DNA of 64,000 bases from Styela clava (lineage: Eukaryota): positions 5,642,001 to 5,706,000 of the forward strand of contig NC_135260.1 in the NCBI RefSeq assembly GCF_964204865.1, read 5' to 3'. The notes under the pieces are model-generated. The model did no database searches. It saw only the letters and a list, made by a program, of their open reading frames with translations, and was not told the DNA's origin. Each line of letters starts with the position of its first letter. Positions within the stretch are counted from its first letter, which is position 1. This document shows, piece by piece, positions 25,887 to 39,234 of this stretch. Position numbers and translations under genes: made by a program.

Positions 25887-27255
25887 ATGAGGAAACATTC
25901 AAAACTCTTCAATAGCAAATGGTTGTTTATGCAGATAGTTGGTGAGATCCCACTTACATAAATAGTTCCAAATCAAGAAATAAATGTACATTTGTTACCC
26001 AAAAACATAGTAGCCTGATGAATTCTCATCCAAAGTCATTCATGAAATAATAATTTTAATATTAGATTTTCATTAATATAAGATTTCTAAATTGTTTAAA
26101 AAGAAGAGTAATGGAGTTTTATACAATATAATTCTCAACCATGTATTAGATTGAGAAAATATCAATTCTATACATATAAACTTGTTTTGGGCTTTATGAG
26201 ACTGATGAAAATTGGATGGATTTCGCAATGTTGTAATTGTAAAAACTTATTTTTTTATAGCACTAAGCATCAGTCTGAATGAAGCGGCATCCTGCACTGA
26301 TTGTTCAAATACAATACTTGGAACAACCACTTCTAAACCAAGTAAATCTTAAACAGCATAAAAAATTCAGTTCAAAAGTAAAACATCCAATCCTGAAATA
26401 AACTTTCCTTTCAAATTACAGCAGCAACAAATGGATGGGAAACAACAACAAAATATCCAGAAGAAATTTCGACAACACTCAAAGCTGAACAGACTGCAAA
26501 GCTGAACGGTCTACAAACGGAAATTTCGACAACACTGAAAGCTGGACCAAATACAAAAGACAAAAGTAATGAAATTTTATTTGTCAAAACAATAGCAATT
26601 ATCCAATACACAATCATAATAAAAACTAAACTTCATAAATTTCAGTTAGTGAAGCTGAGCAGCAAACAACACTATCTGATTCAGACAGAACTGAATCTCA
26701 TTCTACAACTGATTTGGACAAAAACATCACAGTTACCACGGGAACCAATGGAAGTTCTGATTTATTGACAATTGCAATTTCATTGTCAGGAATAGTTGCT
26801 TTTATCTTGGGAGCTTTGTCAATCTTTGTCATACAAAGGTAACAAGTAAAACAACACATAGTAGCAATAATTTCTCCACAATACTTTCACTTTGAATATT
26901 GTTTTGAAAATTCGGTGCCATTTCAAGGTTTCGTTTGAATGTGGTTGAACAATATGCTAATAAATATTTTTATTAATATTTTGAACCCAGGTATTGCAAC
27001 AAAAACAAGAAACCGAAAAAGAAAGATTCAATGGAAATTGGAAGCATCCAACATCAGCAGCCAACTGTCCATGAACGAACAACATATGAAAACTACACAC
27101 CAACATCAGATGAAAGTGGATATGAAGTTCCGATTCAAGTTGATAACAAGAATGAACAAAGTGGATATGAAGTTCCGATTCCAGTTGATAACAAGAATGA
27201 ACAACAATATGAGGTTGTGAGAAGCGGAGCAGAATACCAATATGAAAATGCGTGA
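25887..27255 (+). CDS. Copy 5: near-identical duplicate of copy 3 (CUB-deleted), 2 tail repeats (~245 aa)
   Basis: Exons 25887-25941, 26261-26341, 26422-26565, 26646-26838, 26991-27255. Offset of 10634 from copy 3. Confidence 0.8.
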
Positions 27256-30200
27256 ATGAGTGAAATAAATTCATCCAAACCTTTTGAATTGAAAAACTCG
27301 TGTTTTTTAGAAAAAAACACAAGTTATGGATTTCTCTCATGAAGAACTAAAATATTTATTTGTATTGAAGTCCAATTCATTTTGACTTCTGACTGCAGCA
27401 ATGACAAATTGTGGAAGATTTTATAATTTGTGTTGAATTTTTTTTAATCAGGTCATTGTTTTATTAGAATTCTTCACATAATATATGAAGGATAGGGTTT
27501 TGAACTAAATATGAGTAGTAAGTATATTAATATATTTGAGTGTCCATAAAAAGCAATAATCTGAGAGGGATTGTCTGTACCCCTTCTTGTCATATTTTCG
27601 CTTGTCATTAGATGAAAGTGTGCTCATAATGAATGAAAATGAACGATTATGTTTCTGAATATCTTGAAAAATTTGATCACTATTTAGCTCTTTAAGCTTC
27701 GCTGAACTAATAATGGGTTATAAAGTCATGCTAACAATTGAGTTAAAAAAGCTAACATTGAGACATCAAAAATTATGAGCAAAAGGCGTAACTACTGAAT
27801 TTAGGAAACTATGATAGTTCCACTCTGTACAGGTTCCACTTTTAACAACAATTTTTTGGCTAAAACATTTTAGTACGCACTTCAGCGTTTGAAATGAACT
27901 TCCTCCTACGTGTCCTAGCTGTATTCCTAATAGCGTTGTGCTCAATTATTTCAAGTCATTATCTACTAGAAACACTGTCCCTTAGAATGTCATTTGACAC
28001 TTACAAAAAATAGTCTTTTTAGTAAGCAGTTCAGTTTTTTTCAGTCTTTCAAACTTCTAGAGCTTGAGACCATTCTTTGATTAAATTTTGGAGAAATATT
28101 CATTGCCTACTATAATTATTTCTACACCCATGCATTAATAATCTTGTGTGTTGACTTCTGATAGAAGTAAAAAAAAAAACAGAAAATAATTTCATATCAT
28201 GGCAAAGAGAAAAACAAATAATACATGCTTAAATTGGTGAAATTGATAATTTTTCAAGTGAAACTATCCCAACAATATAATTTTCAACCATGTATGAGAT
28301 TGAGAAAATATCAATTCTATACATATAAACATGTTTTTGGCTTTATAAGACTGATAAAATATGGATAACTTTTTTTGTTAATTCAAATACAGTAGACGAA
28401 ATATAATTATTTTCGAATCGATTTGAATACCGGTAATTGATTTTGGACATTCCAGGGAACCTACCACATTCAAACTAATATTTGCGACTGTTTCTGCATG
28501 TCTTTTTAAAATATCTTAGTGTTTTATTTTGTTCAAACCATAATCAGTTTGCTATTGTTTAAATATAACATAAATAGGTTTAAAACTGAACTTCAAATGA
28601 AATTTGAAAATGACTGAAAAAGTTTAGTTGCAGCAGATAAGATGCAAAATCCATTGACAGTAACCAGTAATGCTAACCAGTTTACTGATCTCATAAAATT
28701 CTGTGAGACGGTTTTATAGAACCGGTGCGAACCGGCTGAATTCCACCACTGAGTGAGTGTGCATGAGTAGGGACAAATGGACCAATTAATTTTTGCTTGA
28801 GATGTCAAGATGACTAGCGGTGTGTTTTTAAGACAACAACAGCCTACTCACAATAAAACTAACTCAAAAGTGAAATTACAAACAAACACTCAAGAACCAC
28901 TTGATAATTAATTAATTAATTACTGTTGAGTAGAAGTTTAATTTACAACCATTTCTTATTTATGAACATCTAATAACTGACAAATATTCGGTATTTTTTA
29001 CAAGTATTTTAATAGCATTAAATTTGAAAATAATTCTACATTCTAAGAATGACTCACCTGATTTCTGATTTCTGTTTTGTTTCCTTTTTCAACTTCCTAT
29101 TCTAACAATTATGTTGTCACACAGATTCTGTAAAATGAATAAAATTAATCATACATTCATGTCTAATAAATTTTGGCAGTTTCCAAGAAGCAAAAGTCTG
29201 GTTAGTAAAGAATATTTATACAATGTAAGATGGAAGGGTATATTCCAAGAAATCTTTCACTTCTATAAAGGCTCAGCACAAAAGAATAAATAAAAAAGTG
29301 AATTTTGGAAATTTACTTGGGAAGTGAGAGTTATTAGTGGCTGAAATCACGAATCATAATAAAACACTATGACTCTAATCTAAACCTTATCTAATCAAAT
29401 ATACAAAACTGCTGAAATGGAAAAAGCATAACCGATCTAGTTTCCAACTTCACCAACTCCTCATTGTCAGTTTACAATAAATAAATAATAATTTGACCTC
29501 AATAGATAAATAATCTACTATTTATGGTGACTCTGGATATATCTCCAACTCAATATAAAAGACACATGAATTCATTGCTTCATCAAACTACATTACTAAA
29601 ATTTAAACTAATAATCTGATAAGCGAAAAATAATTGTTAATATTACTGAAAAAAATTCATCTCGCAATGTACGAATATCTGAAGATGGCATACTTCCTGA
29701 TTGTCGGTTGACATTCTGACACTTTCTTCACCTATGAGTGATAATTCAACTTCCTATATACCAGAATCAACGATGCTCATGGTACATAACACAATAAATA
29801 TCTATAATCAGCAGTATTTGATGAAACAATCATCAGTGAGCATTGCTAATAATTTTAGTAGAGGGAAACTAGTTTGAATTAATTTTCTAGGATTTATAGG
29901 TTTAGACATTATTAGTAGACTGAAATAAAAGAACATTCATTTACGAGATTATTTCTGTAATGTTTCATCTGACCAAAGACAGACTTCCTTAGACAAGGAG
30001 TTTACAACAATCAGGACTCTTGAATTGCATATTATAGTCATGTTCATTCCTTCTACAGCATCATTGCAATATACGCATACGGATCCACAAGCATAGAGGG
30101 CATAGAAGAAGGATGGGAGTCTCGCGTAACCTAGCACACAATTTACACACAATTTACAAGATGTCGCAATAATACCGAAATGACATTTTCAAGTTTTGTT

Positions 30201-30363
30201 TGACTAAAACTCTATCATAATACGGTTTCCAGCAATGTGACTAAGAATGAAATATCACTTAAACTTTACAGTAGGTTTGACATCTCAAATGCTTTCTTTC
30301 AAAATGGCCAACAAGAGTATTTTATTATTTCAGAACAGGACCCAGTCCAATAGTTGTGTAATC

Positions 30364-30575
30364 AGTACTCCCGTAGTATGTACCAGGTTGGGGTTAAGCC
30401 ATAATTATATTCAGATTTTCCTTTTTTTAGTTCTATTACGGGTTTGGGGACTGTCTGCGTTAGCCAAGTGAGTATACCTACTGTCCATAGGTTTCAGTTC
30501 CTTTACACAACTTGATGTAAAGTAGGCGAACAAAATTAGTTACCTCCATATTGGTACACACACTTCTGGAGCGCA
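30364..30575. mobile_element. Merlin-like MITE upstream of copy 6
   Basis: Same element and insertion site. Confidence 0.7.
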
Positions 30576-31065
30576 GAGTAATCTATAGATATATCAATGA
30601 GTAAGTATATTAGCAATTCCAAATCATACACATGAACCACTAGAAACTAATCTGTTTGAGGAATGTTTGACCTATGAATCGAATGTTTCAAATTGTAACA
30701 TAGTAATTATTACACTTCTATACAAATGACAAACATTACAAAATGCCAAGATAATACATGACACAAGTAGATCCTCGCTATGTTGTAATGGTATTTCACC
30801 CACATCGTTAATTATAATAATAAATATAAGTCAGTAATCATCAGCCTACGTAGTAGCAACCAGAGAGAGGTGTTTCATGGTCACCAACCATTAACAAGGA
30901 GAGATTCTGAATATAAATCAGATGGTTGTTACATTAAGTGATGAGACGTGTCTTGTATTTTGTCAGTTGGATTTTTGTCTCTATGTCAGTACTGTGTAAT
31001 GAATCAAGTGATTGAAAATACAAAGCAAAGAGAAGTTTAAAGAAGTTGCTGAAGATAAACTCAAC

Positions 31066-32371
31066 ATGTGGAAATATTCAAAACATATCAATTGCAAATG
31101 CTTGTTTATGCAGATAATTGGTGAGAAACTGAGATCTTACTTGAGAAGTCGACATTTTTTAACTAAAAACATAATAACCTAATGAATTCTCATACAAATT
31201 TAAGCATAAAATATTGATTTTAATATGAGATTTTTATTATTAATATCAGATTGCTCAATAGTTTAAAAACAATAATAATGGAGTTTTACACATTATACCT
31301 TTTATTAAACCCCGAAATAAGATTGAAAAAATATCAATTCCAGGTACTCCTGTAGTATGTGAACCAAGATGGCAGACACCGGAACGTAGTATGTGTATCA
31401 GGTTAGAGTTAGGCCATAATTTCATCTATTGTATTTGAGCTATTGCGTCTATATAAAGGTGTTATGTGATATTGTGTCGATATAATGTGATGTTTTTATT
31501 AATACAAAAAAAACAAAAATTTCAGGTACAAATACTATGGGAGTCACTTGGCTAGTCCCCGAACTCGAAATAGAACTAAAATGGGAAAATTGGAATAAAA
31601 TTATGTCTTAACCCTAACCTGGTACACATACAACATTCCGAGGCCCGCCGTCTTGGTTCACATACTACGGGAGTACCCAATTATATAGGTATGAATACCA
31701 TTACCGTATATATAACTTATAAGTGTGTTTTTGGAAATATAAGCCTGCAAGAAAATTTGAAGGATTTTTAAATGTTATTGTGAAACATTTTATAGCACTC
31801 AGCATCAGTCTGAATGAAGCAGCAATATGCACTGATTGTTCAAATACAATACTCAGAACAGAGAGTGTGAATATCACATATGGACCAAGTAATGAGTACA
31901 GCTGCAACTGTGATTGGACAATACCAGAAGATATGGACACAGATCATGAAACTGCTGTTGTTCTGTTGTTACAAAATTTTTCATTACCGAGGACAACTAG
32001 TAGCAGTACTACACACTGCTCTGGGAGAATCAGATTTCCAAGTAAGTGTTCAGTACAATACAAGTATAAAGTAATTAAAAACAAATGATGCTTCACTTGT
32101 TAGAGCAATATAATTGTTCTACAAGTATCAAATGGTCTGGGACATTTGCAATTAACTCAACAATACTAATGTAATTTATGCAGGCACTGATGGATACAAA
32201 TGTGAATTTGCAAGCAACTACTGTCTTGTATTCGAAACTACATCAACCACTTGCAACATCAACAAAATCAGAGAGAAAATTCCAGTTGCAAATCACACCT
32301 GTGATTCAATCATTCCATGGGATAAAGCTGGAGGAATCCCATATAAGATACAATACTATGCAGGAAACTGA
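31066..32371 (+). pseudogene. Copy 6: 3'-truncated copy, either a secreted CUB-like fragment (~162 aa) or a pseudogene
   Basis: Exons 31066-31120, 31796-32041, 32184-32371. Homology stops at ...YYAGN with TGA at 32369-32371. No stalk, TM or tail exons follow. Confidence 0.75.
31343..31677. mobile_element. Related long-TIR MITE in intron 1 of copy 6
   Basis: About 80-bp inverted ends (ggtactcc.gtagtatgtgaaccaaga...). Degenerate 8-bp TSD caattcca/caattata; the empty site in paralogues reads caattcta. Confidence 0.75.
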
Positions 32372-33287
32372 GTACATTTTAAATGTAAACGTATTATTCA
32401 TAAATAATTGTTAATATCAAAAAAATAAGGAAAAATGTCTTGCAATGTAAGAATATCTGAAGATATACTTCTTGATAGTCAGTTGACATTTTGACACTTT
32501 ATTCACCAATAAGTCACAATTCAACTCCTTATAAACCAGAAACAATAAAATGAAACAAATATCATAAAAATTTCATGAATAGATTTACTTCCTTTAGGAA
32601 GGTTTCCAGTAAATTAATCATTTGACAGTTTCTTTACATACGAGAAGTAATTCAACATTTTGTATATCATCATCGGTTGTGGTTTACGTGGTATACTGAA
32701 AGATCACTATAGTCAGCACTAGATAAGAGGTTAATACTCAGCATCAGTAGAGTTCTGAGCTGCCAGGAATTGGAAGAAAGTATGAAAGGTTCAAGATTCA
32801 TCATAATGATAAACCATCAACCAATAGCAACTAAACTGTGTCAAAATTAGTAAGAACTAGTTGGTCTATGACTCAAAAGTCAGATTTATAGCAGCGAAAT
32901 TGCTATGATCCTATTAGAATGACAAACATTACAAAATGCCAAGATAATACATGACACAAGCAGATTATCACAATGTTGTAATAATATTTCGCCCACATTC
33001 TCAATTATAATAATGAATATAACTAATTGCAATAATAAGTAATTGCAAATCAGTAATCATCATTACGTAGTAGCAACCAGCGAGAGGTGTTTCATAGTCA
33101 CTGATTTACATTAACAAGGAGAGATTCTGAAAATAAATCAGAAGCTTGTTACATCAAGTGTTGAGACAGGTCTTGTATTTTGTCAGTTGGATTTGTCTTT
33201 ATCTATGTTACTACTGTGTAATGAATTGAGTGATTGAAGAAACAAAGCAAAGAGGAGTTTGAAGAAGTTGCTGAAGATAAACTCAAC

Positions 33288-35085
33288 ATGTGGAAACATT
33301 CAAAACTCTTCAAATGCAAGTGGTTGTTTATGCAGATAATTGGTGAGATCTTACTTACATTAAGTTTAGTTACACATTCTGCTGTTACACAACCAACTGT
33401 GATGGGCATTATTAGTTGTTATTCGAAAGTTTCAAATTATTTACAATTACAGTACCGGTAATTTCAAATTGTCTTATCAAATTATAATAAGCAACTTCTT
33501 TAAATTCAAATCGCGAGAAAGGAGGTTATTTAACTTTTGTTTTCAAAACATATTTCACATCCAGATTCAATATAAAAAATTATATAATTTCAACTACCTC
33601 GACTTTTAAATACCTCGAACGTTAAAAATAGGAATAATTAAGTTTTATACAATTATTCATGGATTTAAGAATCTGTAATACAATTGAAAAAGGATTATAA
33701 AATATATTTGATTTATAAATGTGTTTTAAAATTCGTAGTTATTCCAATTAAAAAAAAGTTATATTGTGAATGAATAACTTAATTTCTTTTTAGCATTTAG
33801 TATTGGTCTGAATGAAGCAGTACGATGCACTGATTGTTCACCTAAAATACTTGAAACAGAGAGCAAGAATATCACATATGGACCAGGTAATGAATACAAC
33901 TGCAATTGTGATTGGACAATACCAACAAGTATGGACACAGATCATGAAACTGCAGTTGTTCTGTTGTTACAAAATGTTTCACTGCCAAGAACAACTGGTA
34001 TTGGAAGTACAGACTGCTCTGGAGAAATCAGATTCCCAAGTAAGTACAATACTCGAATATGCTAGATCCATTAAATACTAAATCACAATTATTGGTCGAG
34101 AGACATAGCTGCAGTCAGGATTTTCCAAAAGGGAGTGTTCAAAATCAATAATAACCATGTAGAGCTGACGAAAACGATAGGCAGTTTTAACAAAAGTATG
34201 CATGTAAATTCGTACACAATAACAGCTGGTACTCTTCTGGTTATCCTGTAATTTTTAAAAGGGGGAGGGCGTTGAACCTGAAACACCCATCTGACTGCGC
34301 TACTGTCTACAAATATCAGATTTCCTGGTACCACTAATAATTTATTCAAGAATACTAATGTGCTTTTTACAGGCACTGATGGATACAAATGTGAATTTGT
34401 AAGCAACTACTGCTTTGTATTTGCAACTACATCAACCACTTGCAACATCAGCAAAATCAGAAAGAAAATTTCAGTTGCAAATCACACCTGTGATTCAATC
34501 ATTCCATGGAATACAGTTGGAGGAAGCCCATACAAGATACAATACTATGCAGGAAACCATGCTGGTTACACAAAATACTTCACAATACAATACCTTGTGG
34601 TGGACTGCAGATCTCCAACAGCCACTTTTAAACCAAGTATCATTAAGTCATAAATAGCAAAGAAACTTTTAGTTCAGCAGTAAAACATCCAAACCTAAAA
34701 ATGAACTTTTTTCTTTCAAATTACAGCAACAACAAATGGATGGGAAACAACAACAAAAAATTCAGAAGAAATTTCAACAACACTGAAAGCTGAACAAATT
34801 TCAAAGGACAAAAGTAATAAAAGTTTATTTATCAAAACAATAGCAATAATCCAATACACAATGACATTAAATTTAAACTTATTATAAATTCCAGTTACCA
34901 AAGCTGCGCAGCAAACAACAATATCGGATTCAGACAGAACTGTATCTCATTCTACAACTGATTTGGACAAAAACGCCACCGTTACCACGGTAACCAATGG
35001 AAGTTCTGCTTCACTGATGATCGGAATTCCAGTGTCAGGAATAGTTGGTTTTATCTTTGCAGCTTTGTCAATGTTTTTCATATAA
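33288..35085 (+). CDS. Copy 7: CUB-like domain, stalk and TM with no cytoplasmic tail (~280 aa)
   Basis: Exons 33288-33342, 33794-34039, 34373-34636, 34727-34813, 34895-35085. TAA at 35083-35085 sits where paralogues have CAA/CGA, right after the TM. The tail exon is absent and nested transposons occupy its place. Confidence 0.75.
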
Positions 35086-35417
35086 AGGTAACAAGTAAAA
35101 CAACACATAGTAGCAATATTCTCCTCGCAATACTTTCACTTTTTATATTGTTATTGAATATTGCATTGCATTTACAATATTGTTTTAAGAATTAAGTATT
35201 CATATATCCTCACATATAAGCCGAACTATTGTTCTGTTTTACTTTTATTAATATCGATAAGAATTGTTTCAAAATCATTCCAATTCATCCTCACGATCGC
35301 TTATCGTGTATCACTATCGTATAGAACAGGGTGGTCCAAACCCAGGCCCGCCGTTTCATTATCTGTCACTGAGTTTTTTGATGGTTTCAGCATGATCTGG
35401 CTTGATATGTGACAATT

Positions 35418-35620
35418 GGTTCCATTACATTTGAACCCACGTACATTTGAACCCATGACAATTGCACCTGTATGCTATTGCACCTATGGAATTCTTTTTG
35501 TTTCACGGATAGTTAAACCCATACTAACCCTAACCCATGGGTTTTAGCACCCGCATATAGATTGAACCCGTGGATATACGCATGGATTCAAATGTACATG
35601 GGTTCAAATGTACGGTCACC
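35418..35620. mobile_element. MITE with 9-bp TSD (Mutator- or Merlin-like)
   Basis: Perfect TSD gtgacaatt. Inverted ends contain tacatttgaaccc repeats. Confidence 0.8.
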
Positions 35621-35694
35621 GTGACAATTTAATGATCAATGTGTTTGGACAATAAATTGTTTGATTTGTATTGCACTGTTTACCTGTTCCTGAC

Positions 35695-36921
35695 TAGAGA
35701 TGTACCGATACCACTTTTGTCGCCGATACCGATCCGATACCAGCTAAAAATGCCGATACCGATACCGATACGCCGATACTACAAAAAGGCCGATATTACC
35801 GATATACCGATACCGATACTATGTAAATATTACTTAATTAGGTGTGCTGTGTAGGGCAGACGGGTTAAAACAATGGTCTTTGAGCGTTGTTCATAGTACA
35901 CATTATTTCAGATCGAAAAATGATATATATATATCACATAATATGAAATTAATGTTTGGTGTTTGCTTCAACTGATTAAGATAAACTGTAAAGTAACGCT
36001 AGTAATCTCGGTGTTCAATTAGAAAACTCATAAGCCGGGATGTCCAATTTGAATTTAATGTTAATATCGCGACCTTCGAATATCGTTATTCGTGTTTAAG
36101 AGAATATCGAATATCACCCACACATTCTAGAGCCGCCGTCCTACGTTCAAATTAAAAGCATTTTTCAAATATTTTATTTCGTGGCTAATCGTAATCGTCG
36201 ACGCAATAAGTCAAAGCCAGCATGAAAGAATATCATTCAGCACCGACCAAAAGAAGGCCTACCTATAACCGTCGAGGATGTTTTTTTACTTTACTATTTT
36301 ATATTATTATACAATTGCTATCATATATTTTGAGACAGTCTAGGACTCTAGGCGCTCTAGGGCTAGGCGGTCATGTCAATATATCTATAAAGAAATTGTG
36401 TTGTTAAACAAAATTAATATCTGCGTAGAGGGATAATTGTGTCGGAATTTAGTTTATCGATGTCGTCGGACTAAATGACACTCGTACTTGACGACAAACA
36501 GTCAGAATTTATACCCGTGCCAAAAGTCCATGTGCCGTTAATAAGGACCCCAATTCCACTGTATGATTTAAAACTGGGCGCCTAATTGCTTTTTGTTATG
36601 TGCCGTGTTGATATATTTCTTCATAATTACTATGTAATATTAAAAATGTCAATATAAAATTTTGACGGCGAAAATAGCTAAAAATACGTGAATCATATTC
36701 TCTCGCGGGGGTAGGGACATGTATGGCTCATAGCTCACGATCTCTCCAGACAAAAAATAAAATAAAAAGTAGTATTCCAACTTATCTTTTAAAACATTCT
36801 GGACCATATCAAAAAGGTAAATATATCGGAAATATCGGCCTTAATCTAACCGATACCGATACATGGCCGATACCGAAAAAATGGCCGATATTGCCGATAC
36901 CGATACATCGGTACATCTCTA
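35695..36921. mobile_element. Non-autonomous hAT (Ac-like termini), 1227 bp
   Basis: TIR tagagatgtaccgat, perfect 8-bp TSD ttcctgac, subterminal CCGATA arrays. Confidence 0.88.
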
Positions 36922-37034
36922 TTCCTGACACTATTGTGGCCCGTGAGGCTGATAACCTTTGGACCACCCGAAGATATAGGTATAGATTATCGTACCAATA
37001 TCGGTATACCCTGAGTAATTGTGAACAAGTAGAT

Positions 37035-37533
37035 CAGGAGTCTGCAACCTTCGGCCCGCGGGCCGGATTATATTACTCGAACTATTAGCCGACTCCTAAT
37101 CTACTTGTTCACTTCACTGAATTATAGTAACAAAACAGCTGTTTCGACGATTGTATTCTTTATGTAACAGAATTTATTGTGAGACACGTGTAAACTAAAT
37201 TATATTATAATCTGAGAAGTATAAAATTCACAATTACCCGTTTAACAAGCCTATAATTTAATTATAATTAGACATATGCCAACAAAACACAGAACAGTTT
37301 ATGCTAATTGCAAAGGATTCAACGGTGCCGAAAATATTCAAATAGAATTTTTCGAGATGCAATGGAATGAGAAAATAAATCTATATTCCATTCCATAGAT
37401 GTATAGAATGCTTGATTTTTAATATAAAAAGCATCATCCGTTCAGTTTTAACTTTCTAAATATATGTGCGGCCCGCCAATGACTTGCAACCCTTAATTTT
37501 GGCCTGCGAGCGACAAAAGGTTGCCGACCCCTG
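37035..37533. mobile_element. hAT-like MITE, 499 bp
   Basis: Ends caggagtctgcaacctt and aaggttgccgacccctg, perfect TSD aagtagat. Confidence 0.85.
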
Positions 37534-38899
37534 AAGTAGATAATTAATAATTCGACCAATCAAGATCTTTTGCTTGAGATGCCAAGATTACTATGCTTCT
37601 GAGACAATACCAGCCTACTCTCAATAAAAATAAACTTAAGAGTGAAATTACAAACAAACACTCAAGAACCACTGAATAATAAATTTATCAACCACGGATG
37701 AGTATAATTGTAAATTTACGATCATTTCGTATTTATGACCATTTGATAACTGGCAAATGTTAGTATTTTTACAATTTTGCTCATAGCATTAAACTCGAAA
37801 ATGCTTCTACATTACAGGAATACTTGCCTGATTTCTTTTTGTTTCATTTTAATTTTTCAACTTCCTCTCTTCACAAATATGTTGTTACACAGATTCTGCA
37901 AAATGAATGAAATAAATTATACATAAATCTAATAAAATTTTGCAGTTTTTATCTACAAAAGTCTTCTTCTGGTTCGTAACTTAGATTTATTCAACGTAAG
38001 AAGCAAGTTATAGTAACTACAATCAAGGCTCAAGAAAAGCAGTCAATGGAAGCTAACGATAATACAACCTAATAACACATCTTCGTTGTTAAAATACTAT
38101 AATAACTTGTTAACCAACTCATGTTACAAACTATATCTCTCCAGTCTAAGCTGTAAAAAAACAGCCGGTGAGACATGTAAGATTATTAAAATTATAAATA
38201 GCATAATTCTTGCAGTTCAGCAAACTAGAAGGAATACATAACCAATTGGGATAAGTTTAGAAATGAATTGTTAAGTAGAACAAAAAGAGAAGAAAATGAA
38301 ACCGAAATCTATGGGGACAAAACTAATCTAACAGGTGTTAAGCTGTCCAACACATATTGAATATTGTATTAAATGTTGTATTCTTCTATTCTTAAATAAT
38401 TCAATATAGATTGTGGAGCAAGGCAATGTTCCCTGAAGTCTGACTTATATTAGGAGAGAGATAAGCAACATTTATAAATCTGAATCTTATATATGTTCAA
38501 TGTAGTGAGAATAACCTGAGTGAAGCACGGTATATAGAAATATGAATGAGGGGAAGCACTACCCACTTCTCTCAATAAAAAGGAAAATAGATGTGACTCA
38601 TGAGTGAGTTATTCTACCATTTATGGTGACTGTGGATATAGCCCCACCCTAAAAACTACACAAATTAATGAAAATTTACCTAATAAATAATTATAGACAG
38701 AAGATGGCTGAATATCTGAAGATGACATACTTCCAGATTGTCGGCTGACATTCTGACAATTTTTTCCAATATGAGTGATAATTCAACCTCCCATAAACCA
38801 GAATGAACGATGATCGTAGTGCGTAATACAATAAATATCTTAAATATCTATAATCAGCAGTTTTGGATGAAACAATCATCAGTAAGTTGCTACTAATAA

Positions 38900-39037
38900 T
38901 TTCCACATGTTGAGTCTATCTTCAGCTAGGTACTTCTGTAAACTTTTCTTTGCTTTGTTTCTTCAGTCACTCAATTAATTACACAGTACTGACATAGATA
39001 AAGACAAAATCTAACTGACAAAATACAAACCCTGTCA
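38900..39037 (-). repeat. Inverted copy of the family 5'UTR and first codons
   Basis: Reverse complement reads tgacagg...ttgtattttgtcagtt...gctgaagatagactcaacATGTGGAAA. Confidence 0.85.
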
Positions 39038-39234
39038 TCATCAAGTTGCTATTGCTAATAATTTTAGTAGAGGGAAACTAGTTTGAATTAATTTTCTAGG
39101 ATTTATAAGTTTAGACATTATTAGTAGACTGAAATAAAAGAACTACAATTTATGACATTATTTGCGCTGATTATTTGGTTTCTGCGAGACTAACTACTTA
39201 TCCGTAGCAAGAGAGTAGAGATAACAATCCTAAG

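Larger units (their letters stand above)
35327..36970. mobile_element. hAT-like element carrying two nested insertions
   Basis: Ends cagggtggtccaaa and tttggaccacccg. Confidence 0.6.

Noticed and set aside
35639-37088. Pro-Ile and Thr-Asp repeat ORFs (35639-35854, 36723-37088)
   Set aside because: Translations of the CCGATA subterminal repeats of the hAT-like element.
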